Below, piece by piece: positions 9,232 through 20,281 of a DNA stretch of 64,000 bases. Source of the stretch: Acidobacteria bacterium UBA823 (lineage in GTDB: Bacteria > Acidobacteriota > Vicinamibacteria > Vicinamibacterales > UBA823); NCBI GenBank assembly GCA_002296225.1, contig DBHR01000015.1:26079-90078 (forward strand), written 5' to 3'. The position numbers and the translations under genes were made by a program. The notes under the pieces were generated by a model. It did not search any database. It saw only the letters and a program-made list of their open reading frames with translations, and was not told the DNA's origin. The stretch's first letter is position 1; the number at the start of each line of letters is the position of its first letter.

Positions 9232-9834
9232 ATGACTAACGAGCGAGCCCAGTTGATTCCGATGGTCGTCGAGCAAACGAGCCGTGGGGAGCGCGCCTAC
9301 GATATTTTCTCGCGACTGCTCAAGGATAGCATCATCTTCATCGGTTCGCCGCTTGACGACGCGATTGCCAACCTCGTTATCGCCCAGATGCTCTTCCTGG
9401 AAGCCGAGGACCCCGACCGCGACATCCTGCTTTACATCAATAGCCCGGGCGGCTCGATCACGGCCGGACTGGCCATCTACGACACTATGCAGTTCATCAA
9501 GCCGGACGTGCAGACCTACTGCATGGGTCAAGCCGCATCTATGGGTGCTGTGCTGCTGGCCGCCGGCACTAAAGGTAAGCGTTTTTCCCTTCCGAACTCT
9601 AGAATCGTAATCCACCAACCTCTCATGTCGGGACTGGGCGGCCAGGCGACCGACATCGATATCGCAGCACGTGAGATCATCAGAACTCGTGAGCGTTTGA
9701 ATGAAATTCTGGTAACCCACACCGGCCAGACGACCGAGCGGATTCAGGAAGACACCGAGCGAGACTACATCATGTCAGCCGAGCAAAGCCGAGAATACGG
9801 TATTATTGACGACGTAATCCGCCAGCGTGCCTGA
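9232..9834 (+). CDS. clpP: ATP-dependent Clp protease proteolytic subunit
   Basis: [17 protein letters not shown]..., catalytic Ser context GQAASMGA, and IHQP. Confidence 0.95.
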   Translation: MTNERAQLIPMVVEQTSRGERAYDIFSRLLKDSIIFIGSPLDDAIANLVIAQMLFLEAEDPDRDILLYINSPGGSITAGLAIYDTMQFIKPDVQTYCMGQAASMGAVLLAAGTKGKRFSLPNSRIVIHQPLMSGLGGQATDIDIAAREIIRTRERLNEILVTHTGQTTERIQEDTERDYIMSAEQSREYGIIDDVIRQRA

Positions 9835-9875
9835 ACCTAGGCCTGAGAAGGTGGACCGACGTACGGTTGTGCAGC

Positions 9876-11126
9876 ATGCCCAAGAAACAGAGTGACTCAG
9901 AAATTCTCCACTGCTCGTTCTGCAACAAGGATCAGAATGATGTGGGGAAGCTCATCGCGGGTCCGACCGTATTCATCTGCGACGAGTGTGTTGAGGTCTG
10001 CAATGACATCATCGCCGATGACAGCCGCTTAGAGAAACGCCCAGGCATCCGTTCTTCTCTTCCGGTACCGCACGAAATCAAGAAATCTTTGGACGAGTAT
10101 GTCATTGGACAGGAGCAAACAAAGAAGAAGCTCGCAGTCGCTGTCTACAACCACTACAAGCGGATCGAAATTCAGCGGAAGGCACCGAACCGTAACGACA
10201 TCGAGCTGACTAAATCGAACATCTTGCTCATCGGGCCGACCGGCACTGGCAAGACGCTGCTCGCGCAGACGCTGGCTAAGCTCCTGTCGGTACCATTCAC
10301 TATCGTCGACGCCACAACGCTCACCGAGGCTGGCTATGTCGGCGAGGATGTCGAAAACATCATCCTCAAACTGCACCAGGCCGCCGGCGGTGACATCGAA
10401 AAGTGTCAGCAGGGCATCATCTACGTCGATGAAGTCGACAAGATTTGCCGGAAAGACGAAAACGCCTCGATCACGCGCGACGTCTCTGGCGAAGGTGTCC
10501 AGCAGGCCTTGTTGAAAATTCTGGAGGGCACGGTTGCCAACGTCCCACCCCAGGGAGGGCGAAAGCATCCCCACCAGGAATTCTTCCAGGTGGACACGAC
10601 CAATATCCTGTTCATCTGTGGTGGCGCATTCATCGGGCTCGACAAGATCATCCACCAGCGCGTCGGCAAGCAGGGACTTGGGTTTCGGGCTGAAGTCACG
10701 TCGATGCGAAATCGCGACATTGGTTCGACGCTCGAAATGGTACAGCCGGGTGATCTCATTCGCTATGGGCTGATTCCCGAGTTCGTTGGTCGTTTACCGG
10801 TCATCGGTGCGCTGCACGAGCACGATAAGCCAGCCTTGATCCAAATCTTGACACAACCCCGGAACGCGATCACGCGTCAGTACCAGAAACTACTCGAATA
10901 CGAGAACGTCAAACTTCGCTTTACCGATGACGCCCTTGAGGCGATCGTCGAATTAACGCTCGAACGGAAGATCGGCGCGCGCGGGTTACGAATGATCATT
11001 GAGGAACTCATGCTCGACATCATGTACACGCTGCCTGGCCAGAAGAAAATTCGCGAGTGTGTGATCACGCGCGATGTGGTCCTGGCTAAAGACAAACCGA
11101 CTGCCCTATTCGAGAAGGCTGGATAA
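9876..11126 (+). CDS. clpX: ATP-dependent Clp protease ATP-binding subunit ClpX
   Basis: N-terminal zinc finger CSFCNK...CDEC, Walker A GPTGTGKT and a typical ClpX C-terminus. Confidence 0.95.
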   Translation: MPKKQSDSEILHCSFCNKDQNDVGKLIAGPTVFICDECVEVCNDIIADDSRLEKRPGIRSSLPVPHEIKKSLDEYVIGQEQTKKKLAVAVYNHYKRIEIQRKAPNRNDIELTKSNILLIGPTGTGKTLLAQTLAKLLSVPFTIVDATTLTEAGYVGEDVENIILKLHQAAGGDIEKCQQGIIYVDEVDKICRKDENASITRDVSGEGVQQALLKILEGTVANVPPQGGRKHPHQEFFQVDTTNILFICGGAFIGLDKIIHQRVGKQGLGFRAEVTSMRNRDIGSTLEMVQPGDLIRYGLIPEFVGRLPVIGALHEHDKPALIQILTQPRNAITRQYQKLLEYENVKLRFTDDALEAIVELTLERKIGARGLRMIIEELMLDIMYTLPGQKKIRECVITRDVVLAKDKPTALFEKAG

Positions 11127-11169
11127 CAAGAATTAGGTCGCGAAACGCTATCTGGAGACAGCACTGTCT

Positions 11170-13545
11170 ATGGACACCTACGAAACCATACCGGTCGTTC
11201 CCCTCCGTGACGTAGTGGTCTTCCCCCACATGATGATGCCGTTCGTCATTGGTCGGCCATCTTCCACGCGCGCGCTCGAGCACGCGCTCCTAAAGGACAA
11301 GCGAATCTTCCTGGCAGCGCAGCACGACGCCGCGAACGACGACCCAGCATCGGATGATATCTACACGATGGGTTGTATAGCCAATATCGTGCAGAGCCTG
11401 AAACTGCCCGACAGCAACGTCAAGGTCCTCGTCGAAGGAGTGGACCGCGCTCGCGCGGTGGAGTGGAAGGAAGACAAGGGCTTCTACCGCGTCGTCGTCA
11501 AGGTCGTTGAAAAGCAGCAAGAGACCGGCCCGGACGTCGAGAACGCGATGAGTAAGGTGATCTCGTTCTTCGAGCAGTACGTCAAACTGTCGAACAGCCT
11601 TCACTACGACGCCATGGTCGCCGCTGTCCGAGTGGACGACCCGAGCAAGCTGGCAGACACCGTCGCCGCTCACCTGCTCGTCGGCATCGACGAGAAACAG
11701 AACCTGCTTGAGATTATTTCGCCAATCGAACGGCTGAACCGCATCACAGGCCTACTCGAGGCTGAGGTCGATAAGCTTCAGGTGGATCGCCGCATCCAAT
11801 CTCGCGTCAAGAAGCAGATGGAGAAAGCACAGAAGGAGTACTACCTGAGCGAGAAGATGAGGGCAATTCAGAAGGAACTAGGTCGCAAGGAAGACAAAGG
11901 GAGCGAAATCGACGAGCTGAAGAAGAGCATCGAAGAGGCAAAGATGCCCACGGAGGTCGAGGAGAAAGCCCTTCAGGAGCTCAAGCGCCTCGAAGCGATG
12001 CCCCCAATGTCGGCTGAGGCGACCGTGTCGCGCAACTACATCGAGTGGTTGATCGCAGTGCCCTGGCACAAGAAATCGCGCGAGAGCCGCGACCTGAAGC
12101 GCGCCGAGCAGATTCTAAATGAGGACCATCACGGATTGGAAAAGGTCAAAGATCGCATCCTTGAGTTCCTCGCTGTGCGGACACTGGTCAAGAAGCCGAA
12201 AGGCACAATCCTAACCTTTACCGGACCGCCAGGCGTCGGTAAGACCTCACTCGCCAAATCGATCGCTAGGGCCACGAACCGGAAGTTTGTCCGCCTGTCA
12301 CTCGGCGGTGTCCGAGACGAAGCAGAGGTCCGCGGGCACCGTCGCACCTACATCGGCGCGTTCCCTGGACAGATTATCCAGATGATGAAGAAAGCCGGCA
12401 CGCTGAATCCGGTCTTTCTTCTGGACGAGGTCGACAAAATGTCGATGGACTTCCGCGGGGACCCATCGGCGGCGCTACTGGAGGTGCTCGACCCAGAGCA
12501 GAACAACACGTTCCTTGACCATTATCTCGACGCTGAGTATGACCTGTCGCACGTGATATTCATCTGCACAGCGAACGTCCTGTACACAGTACCTCAGGCG
12601 CTCCGTGACCGAATGGAGGTTCTGCAGCTCGCGGGTTATACCGAGCAGGAAAAGATTGAAATTGCCAAACAATTCCTCGCGCCGAAGGCGGTGAAGGCTA
12701 CCGGCCTCACCAACAAGCAAGTCGTCTTCACCGACGAGGCGTTCCAGACAATAATCCAACGCTATACGCGGGAGGCCGGGGTTCGAAATCTTGAACGGGA
12801 GATCACCTCAGTTTGCCGAAAGATCGCGCGCAAGGTCGTCCTGGAGGGTAAGAATTTTTCCGAGGAGTTTAGTTCGGAAAAGATCACGGAGTACCTTGGG
12901 GTGCCCCGCTTCCGGCCATCGATGGCCGAAGAGAAGAATGAAGTCGGCGTAGCAACTGGCCTGGCTTGGACCGAGGCAGGTGGTGAGCTACTGGTCACTG
13001 AAGCCACGCTCATGCCGGGCCGCGGACGGCTCACGCTCACCGGTAAGCTCGGTGAGGTCATGCAGGAATCGGCGCAGGCTGCAATGAGTTACGTCCGTGC
13101 AAACGCCGAGCAAATGGGAATCTCAAGCAATTTTTACCGGAAGCTTGACGTGCACGTACACGTTCCGGAAGGGGCCATCCCAAAGGATGGCCCGTCGGCC
13201 GGCATCACGCTAGCTACAGCAATCGTGTCGGCTCTTGTCAACGTGGAAACGAAACGCGAAGTTGCGATGACCGGAGAAATTACGCTGCGCGGCAAGGTGC
13301 TACCGATCGGTGGCGTGAAGGAAAAAGTACTAGCCGCGCACCGGGCTGGGCTCAAGGACATCATCCTGCCTAAGGACAACGAGAAGGATTTGGCGGACAT
13401 CCCAAAAAACGTCACGGACGTACTCAACCTCTACATGGTGGAAACGATGGGTGAGGTCCTAAGAATCGCCTTAAGCCGGCCGCTACCTGCGAATCTGTCG
13501 GCTGAGCCGGCACAGGCCGCGTCGGACGACGCGATCACGCACTGA
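11170..13545 (+). CDS. lon: Lon protease (LonA type)
   Basis: N-terminal LON domain, Walker A GPPGVGKTS, and protease domain with DGPSAG (catalytic Ser) and a downstream Lys. Confidence 0.95.
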   Translation: MDTYETIPVVPLRDVVVFPHMMMPFVIGRPSSTRALEHALLKDKRIFLAAQHDAANDDPASDDIYTMGCIANIVQSLKLPDSNVKVLVEGVDRARAVEWKEDKGFYRVVVKVVEKQQETGPDVENAMSKVISFFEQYVKLSNSLHYDAMVAAVRVDDPSKLADTVAAHLLVGIDEKQNLLEIISPIERLNRITGLLEAEVDKLQVDRRIQSRVKKQMEKAQKEYYLSEKMRAIQKELGRKEDKGSEIDELKKSIEEAKMPTEVEEKALQELKRLEAMPPMSAEATVSRNYIEWLIAVPWHKKSRESRDLKRAEQILNEDHHGLEKVKDRILEFLAVRTLVKKPKGTILTFTGPPGVGKTSLAKSIARATNRKFVRLSLGGVRDEAEVRGHRRTYIGAFPGQIIQMMKKAGTLNPVFLLDEVDKMSMDFRGDPSAALLEVLDPEQNNTFLDHYLDAEYDLSHVIFICTANVLYTVPQALRDRMEVLQLAGYTEQEKIEIAKQFLAPKAVKATGLTNKQVVFTDEAFQTIIQRYTREAGVRNLEREITSVCRKIARKVVLEGKNFSEEFSSEKITEYLGVPRFRPSMAEEKNEVGVATGLAWTEAGGELLVTEATLMPGRGRLTLTGKLGEVMQESAQAAMSYVRANAEQMGISSNFYRKLDVHVHVPEGAIPKDGPSAGITLATAIVSALVNVETKREVAMTGEITLRGKVLPIGGVKEKVLAAHRAGLKDIILPKDNEKDLADIPKNVTDVLNLYMVETMGEVLRIALSRPLPANLSAEPAQAASDDAITH

Positions 13546-13606
13546 GTCGGAGACCTGCACCACAAACTCGGTAATCGAACCCCCGGCCCCTCCGGGGCAG
13601 TCACTC

Positions 13607-14287
13607 GTGAAAATCCTTGAGGCCGACCTCATCTCGAGCGCTGGCAGCGCCGCTGGCCTGAAGAGTTTCATCGGGTTCCAGATCGCACTGATCGGCCGCT
13701 CCAATGTCGGCAAATCCAGCCTGATTAACGCGCTCATTCGCAGGAAGCTGGCCCGTACAAGTCGGGCTCCGGGTAAGACAGGGCTCGTCAACGTCTACCG
13801 GGTGCGAGTTGCCATCACTAAGAGCCATGTTGAAACAGTCGACTTGGTCGATCTGCCTGGGTATGGCTACGCCCGCGGTGGGGTGCGGCGAGCCGAAGCG
13901 TTCGCCGAATTGGCCGAAGCCTATTTCACTGCACTGGCCACGGCAGGTCGCGCCGACAAGAGTCTCCAAGGCGACCCACCGGTACTTCATCTCGTGGATT
14001 CTCGACACCCCGAACTCGACGCCGACCGAATCGCCCACACCTGGCTGGCTAACCATGGTCTGCGGGTGTTAACGGTCGGCACAAAAGCCGATGTGTTGCC
14101 ACGAGCCAAATGGAAACGCGTAGCGCGGATGATTGGAGACCGCACCGATGGGCAGGTTGTGCTGGTGTCGGCCAAGAATGGGGACGGATTACAAGACCTC
14201 TGGAAAATGATTCTGAAGGTTTTGGATCAGAGGTTAAGGGACTCTGGCCAAACAGCCAGAGCTCGGTCGACCCACCCAGGGCCGTGA
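13607..14287 (+). CDS. engB: Ribosome-biogenesis GTPase EngB/YihA
   Basis: GTG start. G1 [13 protein letters not shown]3 DLPGYGYA, G4 TKAD. lon-engB is a common gene pair. Confidence 0.85.
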   Translation: MKILEADLISSAGSAAGLKSFIGFQIALIGRSNVGKSSLINALIRRKLARTSRAPGKTGLVNVYRVRVAITKSHVETVDLVDLPGYGYARGGVRRAEAFAELAEAYFTALATAGRADKSLQGDPPVLHLVDSRHPELDADRIAHTWLANHGLRVLTVGTKADVLPRAKWKRVARMIGDRTDGQVVLVSAKNGDGLQDLWKMILKVLDQRLRDSGQTARARSTHPGP

Positions 14288-14325
14288 TATACTGCGTCGC
14301 TGCGGACGGCTGGAAGGAGCATCGC

Positions 14326-14613
14326 GTGAAAGAAGGAATTCACCCTGAATACTTCGAAGTCGAGGCTCGGTGCGCCTGCGGCGCCACCTGGAAAACCCGG
14401 TCGACCAAGAGAGAACTGCACCTTGAAATCTGTTCGAATTGCCACCCGTTCTTCACGGGCAAACAAAAGCTGATTGACCCCGAGGGACGTGTCGAGCGGT
14501 TCACCAAGAAGTTCGGTGCCCAGACCGTGGCAGCGAGGAAAGAACAGCTCAAGCAGCGAAAAGCTAAGCCCAAAGGTCGCAAGTCGGCTGAACCGGTTCC
14601 CGCGTCGAACTAG
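14326..14613 (+). CDS. rpmE: 50S ribosomal protein L31, with a basic C-terminal extension
   Basis: GTG at 14326 is preceded by GGAAGGAG. The product [10 protein letters not shown]...[13 protein letters not shown] is canonical L31. About 30 extra Lys/Arg-rich residues follow at the C-terminus. Confidence 0.9.
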   Translation: MKEGIHPEYFEVEARCACGATWKTRSTKRELHLEICSNCHPFFTGKQKLIDPEGRVERFTKKFGAQTVAARKEQLKQRKAKPKGRKSAEPVPASN

Positions 14614-14794
14614 TCCGTCAATCGCCCGCCGGCGCCTCCTGGCGGGTTAGACCGTTCTCCATCCATTTACGCACTCAGCAGCAGCGCCGTACCCTCGAGG
14701 CGGCGCACTGAAGTGAGTGGGCATTGCCAAGAGGCACCTCCGCGGGTCGGGAACACCCTAAGAGTTAACACAGGAGGTGATAATCGCTAGAACA

Positions 14795-15574
14795 TTAGAT
14801 CAAAGAACGCGACTGGCAGCCGTCAACCGGGATACAGGCTCCGCTCACCCAACTGGCCCGAGGCGAGCACAGGAAGGCCACGACTGCCCCGACCTCTTCA
14901 GCCCGGCCGAACCGGCCAAATGGCAGCTCGCTCTCGACGAACTTCGCTATCCCTTCAGGATCCTCTTGCTGTCGCCTGTGCCAAGAACCACCGGAAAATA
15001 AGATCGAACCAGGCGCCACGGTCACGACGCGGATTCCTTCCGGTGCCAGCTGCTGCGCCATCGACTTACCCAAGCTGATCTCAGCGGCCTTGACGGCGTT
15101 GTAGGTCATTAGACCGCCAGATTCTCGTCCCCAAATCGAGGCAATTATGATGATGACGCCAGCCTCGCTCCGACGCAGGTACGGCACCGCCGCGCGCGAC
15201 GCGCGGATTGCCGGATAGAGCGTGCGATCGAACGCCGCGCGCCAGTCGTCATCAGTCGCCGCGGTGATGCCCCCGCCGCCGGCCTTGCCAACATTGTTGA
15301 CGAGGATGTCGAGTCCACCGAATTCTTGGACGGTTCTGGCGACGACTGAAGCAATGCCATCGGGTTTTGCAACATCCGCCTGCACCGTGAGAACGGCACC
15401 GGCACGACCCGCATCGGCCTTGAGCTCGGTTTCGGCTTCGGATAACTGAGCGGCATTTCGGGCACAGATCGTTACCCGGCAACCTTCCCCTACGAGTGCC
15501 TTCGCACTTGCGAACCCCAATCCCTTACTTGAGCCAGTGACAATGGCAATCTTGTCGTTCAATTTAAGGTCCAT
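14795..15574 (-). CDS. Short-chain dehydrogenase/reductase (SDR)
   Basis: TGSSKGLG (TGxxxGxG) and catalytic YNAVKAA (YxxxK). Confidence 0.85.
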   Translation of the reverse strand: MDLKLNDKIAIVTGSSKGLGFASAKALVGEGCRVTICARNAAQLSEAETELKADAGRAGAVLTVQADVAKPDGIASVVARTVQEFGGLDILVNNVGKAGGGGITAATDDDWRAAFDRTLYPAIRASRAAVPYLRRSEAGVIIIIASIWGRESGGLMTYNAVKAAEISLGKSMAQQLAPEGIRVVTVAPGSILFSGGSWHRRQQEDPEGIAKFVESELPFGRFGRAEEVGAVVAFLCSPRASWVSGACIPVDGCQSRSLI

Positions 15575-15632
15575 GCCACTCCTATCCTGCTTAAACCTAG
15601 AAACTTAGGGACACAGACAGCCCTACTAAGGA

Positions 15633-15650
15633 AACGGGCCGTCACCCGTT
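15633..15650 (-). terminator. Candidate intrinsic terminator downstream of nrdJ
   Basis: On the minus strand it reads AACGGG-TGACGG-CCCGTT followed by TCCTT. It lies 36 nt after the nrdJ stop. Confidence 0.4.
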
Positions 15651-15685
15651 GGCGACGACCCGCAACATATTGACACCCGCCGGGC

Positions 15686-18478
15686 CTACGCGCAGCCGCT
15701 TGTCGTACCGCAGTTGTTACACTTATAACAACTGCCGCTGCGCACCATGATCTGGCCGCACGTCGAGCACGGTGGCGCGTCTTCCTGGTTTTGGATGGCG
15801 GCAAACGCCGCGACGACCGATTCACCCGAGCCGTTGCCGTTGTCCGCCATCCCGTCGAGCGGCAACTTCGGCTCCTCGGCTGGTGGCTCTTCCGGCGAGC
15901 CTGGGCGATTGACGCCCACTGCAAACTGCGCTTCGCTCGAAAGAAACTTCGTCGCCATCCACCGGAAGATGTAGTCGACGATTGACTTCGCGATCCGCAC
16001 CTCCGGGTTCTTAGTCATACCCGACGGCTCGAACCGAACGTGGCTGAACTTATCAACCAACACCTGCAGCGGTACGCCGTACTGAAGCGCGTAAGACACC
16101 GCCTGCGCGAACGCATCGGCAAACCCGGAGATCGTCGACCCTTCCTTCGCCATAACCAGAAAGATCTCTCCCGGCGAGCCATCTTCGAACAGTCCTATGG
16201 TGACGTAGCCCTCGTGTCCGCCAATCTCAAATTTGTGCGTGATCGCCTGGCGTTCGTCGGGTAGTCGGCGGCGAACAGGCTGTCCGATGAGCCCTTCAAC
16301 CGCTCCGACCATGCCACCTTTCGTATCACGCGACGTGTTGAGGGGCTGTGTTCGTTTACTGCCATCGCGGTAGATCGACACCGCCTTAGTGCCAAGCCGC
16401 CACGAGTCGACGTAGGCCTGCTTAATCTCATCGACCGTCGCCTCCTTCGGCACATTGACGGTCTTCGAGATGGCACCAGAGATGAAAGGCTGGGTCGCAC
16501 CGATCATCCGGACGTGACCCATATAGTGAATCGACCGCTCGCCCCGCGCTGCTTTAAACGCACAGTCGAAGACCGGCAGGTCTTTATTCTTTAGGTGCGG
16601 CGCGCCTTCGATCGTCTCGTGCTGGTCGATATAAGCAACGATCTCGTCAATCTGCGACGACTCGTAACCAAGACGTCCCAACGCCATCGGTACCGTCTGG
16701 TTCACGATCTTCATCATGCCGCCGCCGACGAGTTTCTTGTACTTGACCAGCGCGATATCGGGCTCAACGCCGGTGGTGTCGCAGTCCATCATGAACCCTA
16801 TCGTGCCCGTCGGCGCGAGCACCGTGGCCTGCGCATTGCGGTAGCCGTGCTCCTCTCCCAATTCGACCGCATCGTTCCACGCCTGCTTAGCTGCAGCATA
16901 GAGGTCACTCGGCACGTTGGTCCGGTCGACATCCTTAAGTGCGGTGCGATGCTTTCGCATCACCCGCAAAAATGGCTCCTCGTTCTTCTCGTAGCCGGCG
17001 AACGGACCGCCGTGGTCTCTGGCGACCCGGGCTGATTGTGCGTAGGCTTCGCCAGTCATCAAGGCCGTTATCGCAGCCGCATAGTCTCGGCCTGCTTCGC
17101 TGTCGTAAGACAAACCACGCGACATCAGTAATGCGCCCAAGTTAGCGTAACCCAAACCGAGCGGACGGTAGTCTCGGCTGTTCCGCTCAATGGCCTTCGT
17201 CGGATAACTCGCGCAGTCAACAATGATTTCTTGCGCCGTGAGGAGGGTCCGGACCGCCGCCACGAACTCGGTGCAATCGAAGTCGCGTGCCTCGTTCACA
17301 AAGGTCATCAGGTTCAGCGACGCCAGGTTGCAAGCTGAATCGTCGATGAACATGTACTCCGAGCAAGGGTTTGACGCATTGATCGACGCGGTATTTGGAC
17401 ACGTGTGCCAGTCGTTGATCGTCGTGTCGAACTGCATGCCCGGATCGCCGCAGACGTGCGTTGCATCGGCGATTTGGCTCAGCAGATCACCCGCCTTGTA
17501 GGTGTCCATAACCTCACCATCGCACACCGCGCGGGTCTGCCACTCGCCGTCGTCTAGTGCCGCGCGCATGAACTCGTCGGTCACGCGGACACTGTTATTC
17601 GAATTCTGGAAGAATACCGACGCGTAGGCCGGCCCAGTGAATGATCCATCGTAGCCTGCGTCAATGAGCGCCCAAGCCTTGCGCTCTTCTTCAACCTTAC
17701 AGGTGATGAACGTTTCGATGTCTGGATGGTCGGCATTCAAAATCACCATCTTCGCAGCTCGGCGAGTCTTGCCGCCTGACTTAATGACACCAGCGAACGC
17801 ATCATAGCCCTTCATGAACGATACTGGCCCCGACGCCGTGCCGCCGCCCGCCAGCGCTTCGCGGGACGACCGAATGGCCGAAAGATTCGAGCCGGTGCCA
17901 GACCCGAACTTAAACAACATCCCTTCGGTCTTGGCCAGGGTCAGGATGGAGTCCATCGTGTCCTGCACTGAATTGATGAAGCAGGCTGAACACTGTGGCG
18001 CCTTCTCAAAACCACAGTTGAACCAAACCGGGCTGTTGAACGCCGCGCGCTGGTGCACAAGCAAATACTTCAAATCGTCGCTGAAGGCCTGCAGGTCGTC
18101 TTCAGTCGCGAAATACTTCTTGTCGCGTGCCCACCGCGTGAGCGTGTCGACGACGCGGCCAATCAGCTGTTTGACGCTGCTCTCGCGCTCGGGTGAACCA
18201 AGTTGGCCGCGAAAATACTTCGAGACTACGATGTTAGTTGCTTGCTGTGACCATGCCTTTGGGAACTCGACGTCGCACTGTTCGAAAATGATTTCGCCAC
18301 GCTCGTTGCCGATGACGGCAGAACGCAATTCCCATTCGATTTCGTCGAACGGGTCGGTGCCATCCCGAGTGAACACGCGCTGAAATCGCAGACCGGAAGC
18401 CGCCAACTCTGAACGCTCAGTCAGCTCCTGAGGACTAACACTGGTTGTCTGTTGCTGCTGGGCTGTGCCTCTGTCCAT
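15686..18478 (-). CDS. nrdJ: Class II (adenosylcobalamin-dependent) ribonucleotide reductase
   Basis: 930 aa. It has the active-site block NPCSEYMF and typical class II length and layout. The C-terminal Cys-rich tail CSTCG...CYKCNNCG matches the zinc-finger tail known for many class II RNRs. Confidence 0.9.
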   Translation of the reverse strand: MDRGTAQQQQTTSVSPQELTERSELAASGLRFQRVFTRDGTDPFDEIEWELRSAVIGNERGEIIFEQCDVEFPKAWSQQATNIVVSKYFRGQLGSPERESSVKQLIGRVVDTLTRWARDKKYFATEDDLQAFSDDLKYLLVHQRAAFNSPVWFNCGFEKAPQCSACFINSVQDTMDSILTLAKTEGMLFKFGSGTGSNLSAIRSSREALAGGGTASGPVSFMKGYDAFAGVIKSGGKTRRAAKMVILNADHPDIETFITCKVEEERKAWALIDAGYDGSFTGPAYASVFFQNSNNSVRVTDEFMRAALDDGEWQTRAVCDGEVMDTYKAGDLLSQIADATHVCGDPGMQFDTTINDWHTCPNTASINASNPCSEYMFIDDSACNLASLNLMTFVNEARDFDCTEFVAAVRTLLTAQEIIVDCASYPTKAIERNSRDYRPLGLGYANLGALLMSRGLSYDSEAGRDYAAAITALMTGEAYAQSARVARDHGGPFAGYEKNEEPFLRVMRKHRTALKDVDRTNVPSDLYAAAKQAWNDAVELGEEHGYRNAQATVLAPTGTIGFMMDCDTTGVEPDIALVKYKKLVGGGMMKIVNQTVPMALGRLGYESSQIDEIVAYIDQHETIEGAPHLKNKDLPVFDCAFKAARGERSIHYMGHVRMIGATQPFISGAISKTVNVPKEATVDEIKQAYVDSWRLGTKAVSIYRDGSKRTQPLNTSRDTKGGMVGAVEGLIGQPVRRRLPDERQAITHKFEIGGHEGYVTIGLFEDGSPGEIFLVMAKEGSTISGFADAFAQAVSYALQYGVPLQVLVDKFSHVRFEPSGMTKNPEVRIAKSIVDYIFRWMATKFLSSEAQFAVGVNRPGSPEEPPAEEPKLPLDGMADNGNGSGESVVAAFAAIQNQEDAPPCSTCGQIMVRSGSCYKCNNCGTTSGCA

Positions 18479-18693
18479 ACTTCCCTCTCCGGAAACAACC
18501 GAGCCCGAGACCCCGCCCCAAAGCCCAAGGCCTAAGTTTCATGATCATGCGGAAGGTGCGTCGCCGTAGCCTCTGTAAGATGCGCCGTTACCGAAGCCGA
18601 GTCAAGAACGCGGGAGACGCTCTCGGCGAGGTTCTCATTCGGCCCTAAGCCGAACAACTATCCGTCCTGGGTATCGGTTTGTCAAGCGTGAAA

Positions 18694-18709
18694 CTACAAT
18701 ATATAGGGA
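18694..18709 (-). promoter_or_regulatory. NrdR-box-like palindrome upstream of nrdJ
   Basis: The minus strand reads TCCCTATATATTGTAG. It matches 12 of 16 positions of the NrdR-box consensus as I recall it (acaCwAtATaTwGtgt). I found only one good box. Confidence 0.4.
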
Positions 18710-18831
18710 TGCTTTTTAGGGTAAACGCAAGATGTTGATAAAATGCTCCTAATCCTGCACCCTCGTAGTGGACCTGCACAAGCGCTGGTGCGAATCTTTC
18801 ACGTTCGGTCCGTGGCTGATACAGTCCGCTC

Positions 18832-19620
18832 GTGACCCTTGACGAGGTTGAGCCGGAGCCAACTCCTCCATCGACGGTCGACCAATTCTCGCCCTCCGCA
18901 CCCCCGCGTGCGGGCCGGCCGAGCATCGGCCTGGGAGCTCGCTTCGGGGCATTCGTTGAGGTCGTACTCTGCTCCGACGTCCCGACACAGTTGGCACTGA
19001 TCCAAGTGCTCGCATGGATTGGCCTGCGCCAAGTAATGAGCAACGGCCGACTCTCGTTGACCTACGTTGCAACACTCTCACTCGTGGATGCCGTGGTATT
19101 AATCGCACTGATTCTGTGGTGCCTGCACTATCACCACGAGTCACCACGGGAAACGTTTCTGGGCACGCGGCCGATCGGACGCGAAGCCTGCTTCGGCATG
19201 CTGCTCGTCCTGGGCGTGGCCCTGGTCGTGCTCGTCACCATGGCTCTCGTGCAGCAGTTCGTACCATGGCTCCACAACGTGGAAGAGAACCCGTTCGAAT
19301 CTCTCTTGCAAACGCCCCGCGATGCGTTGATCTTCAGTGTCGTCGCGATTATCGCCGGCGGGGTGCGCGAGGAGATACAACGGGCGTTCATCCTCCGCCG
19401 ATTCGAACAGCACCTAGGCGGAGCCTCGGTCGGTCTTCTAGTTTTCAGCGTCGCGTTCGGCGCTGGCCATCTCCTGCAGGGTTGGGATGCGGCCATCGTC
19501 ACCATGATCCTCGGTCTAGTCTGGGGCGTCGTGTTTCTGATGCGCCGAAGTATCATCGCGCCACTGGTGAGTCACGCTTGCTTCAATCTGCTCGAAATTG
19601 CCCTGCACATGCAGCAATGA
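18832..19620 (+). CDS. CPBP-family (CAAX-type) intramembrane metalloprotease
   Basis: GTG start. Motifs GGVREEIQRAF (EExxxR), FGAGH (FxxxH) and SHACFN (HxxxN) sit in a polytopic membrane protein. Confidence 0.75.
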   Translation: MTLDEVEPEPTPPSTVDQFSPSAPPRAGRPSIGLGARFGAFVEVVLCSDVPTQLALIQVLAWIGLRQVMSNGRLSLTYVATLSLVDAVVLIALILWCLHYHHESPRETFLGTRPIGREACFGMLLVLGVALVVLVTMALVQQFVPWLHNVEENPFESLLQTPRDALIFSVVAIIAGGVREEIQRAFILRRFEQHLGGASVGLLVFSVAFGAGHLLQGWDAAIVTMILGLVWGVVFLMRRSIIAPLVSHACFNLLEIALHMQQ

Positions 19621-19628
19621 GCCCACGC

Positions 19629-20279
19629 CTATTCGTCCTCGTCCAAGCGGATCACCGTCGCTCGGAGACGCAGCCGGTCAACCCAGTCGGCGATGAGCGC
19701 CTGCCGACGCTCTTCCTGCAGGTCGCGCTGGACCTGGGCGCGAACCCGATCGAATGACGCCGCCACCTCACCCACGGAATAGCGGTCTACGTAATCGCGA
19801 TAGTACCGCGCTAGCGCCGCCTCAGTAGGCTGCAAGGCCGAACCGAATCGCTGTCGGAGATAGCTATCGATTCGCCGATTGTCACGCACCACGCGCGCCA
19901 ACTCTGTTTCGGTCATGCCGACCGCTGCCAGCGCGCGTTGAAACTCCTCAGGCGTCGAAAAGCGGCCGCGTACGTCGGCAAGGTCGGCATCGATGACGCC
20001 GGCTTCCGGCTCGGCCACAATAAATCGGTTGACCTCGGCGAGAGTTAGGGTCCGATCGATCAGCCATGTGAGCGCGTCGGTCTCGTCAGGGGCATCTGGC
20101 AGTAAACCGAATATCGTGACGGTCTGAACGTCGGACAACAGAATGAGGTCGCCCCCAGCCAGCGCGAGCACACGGTCAATGATGTCGCCTCGCGCCGGCA
20201 GCGCAAGGAGACAGGAGGCCACCGTGAACGCGGTCAGCCGATGCCACGCACGAATTCGCCGAAACCCGTCGCAACCCAT
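19629..20279 (-). CDS. SurA-N-terminal-domain-like periplasmic chaperone (no PPIase domain)
   Basis: Signal-like N-terminus. The helical body (...SYLRQRF...ALARYYRDY...ALIADWVDRLR) resembles the SurA N-domain. The start is either ATG 20279 or a TTG overlapping the upstream stop. Confidence 0.55.
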   Translation of the reverse strand: MGCDGFRRIRAWHRLTAFTVASCLLALPARGDIIDRVLALAGGDLILLSDVQTVTIFGLLPDAPDETDALTWLIDRTLTLAEVNRFIVAEPEAGVIDADLADVRGRFSTPEEFQRALAAVGMTETELARVVRDNRRIDSYLRQRFGSALQPTEAALARYYRDYVDRYSVGEVAASFDRVRAQVQRDLQEERRQALIADWVDRLRLRATVIRLDEDE

Positions 20280-20281
20280 AT

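Noticed and set aside
18479-18693. A possible cobalamin riboswitch in the long nrdJ leader, given that the enzyme is B12-dependent.
   Set aside because: I could find no B12-box-like element or the conserved riboswitch core motifs. B12 riboswitches typically control B12-independent isozymes or transporters, not nrdJ.
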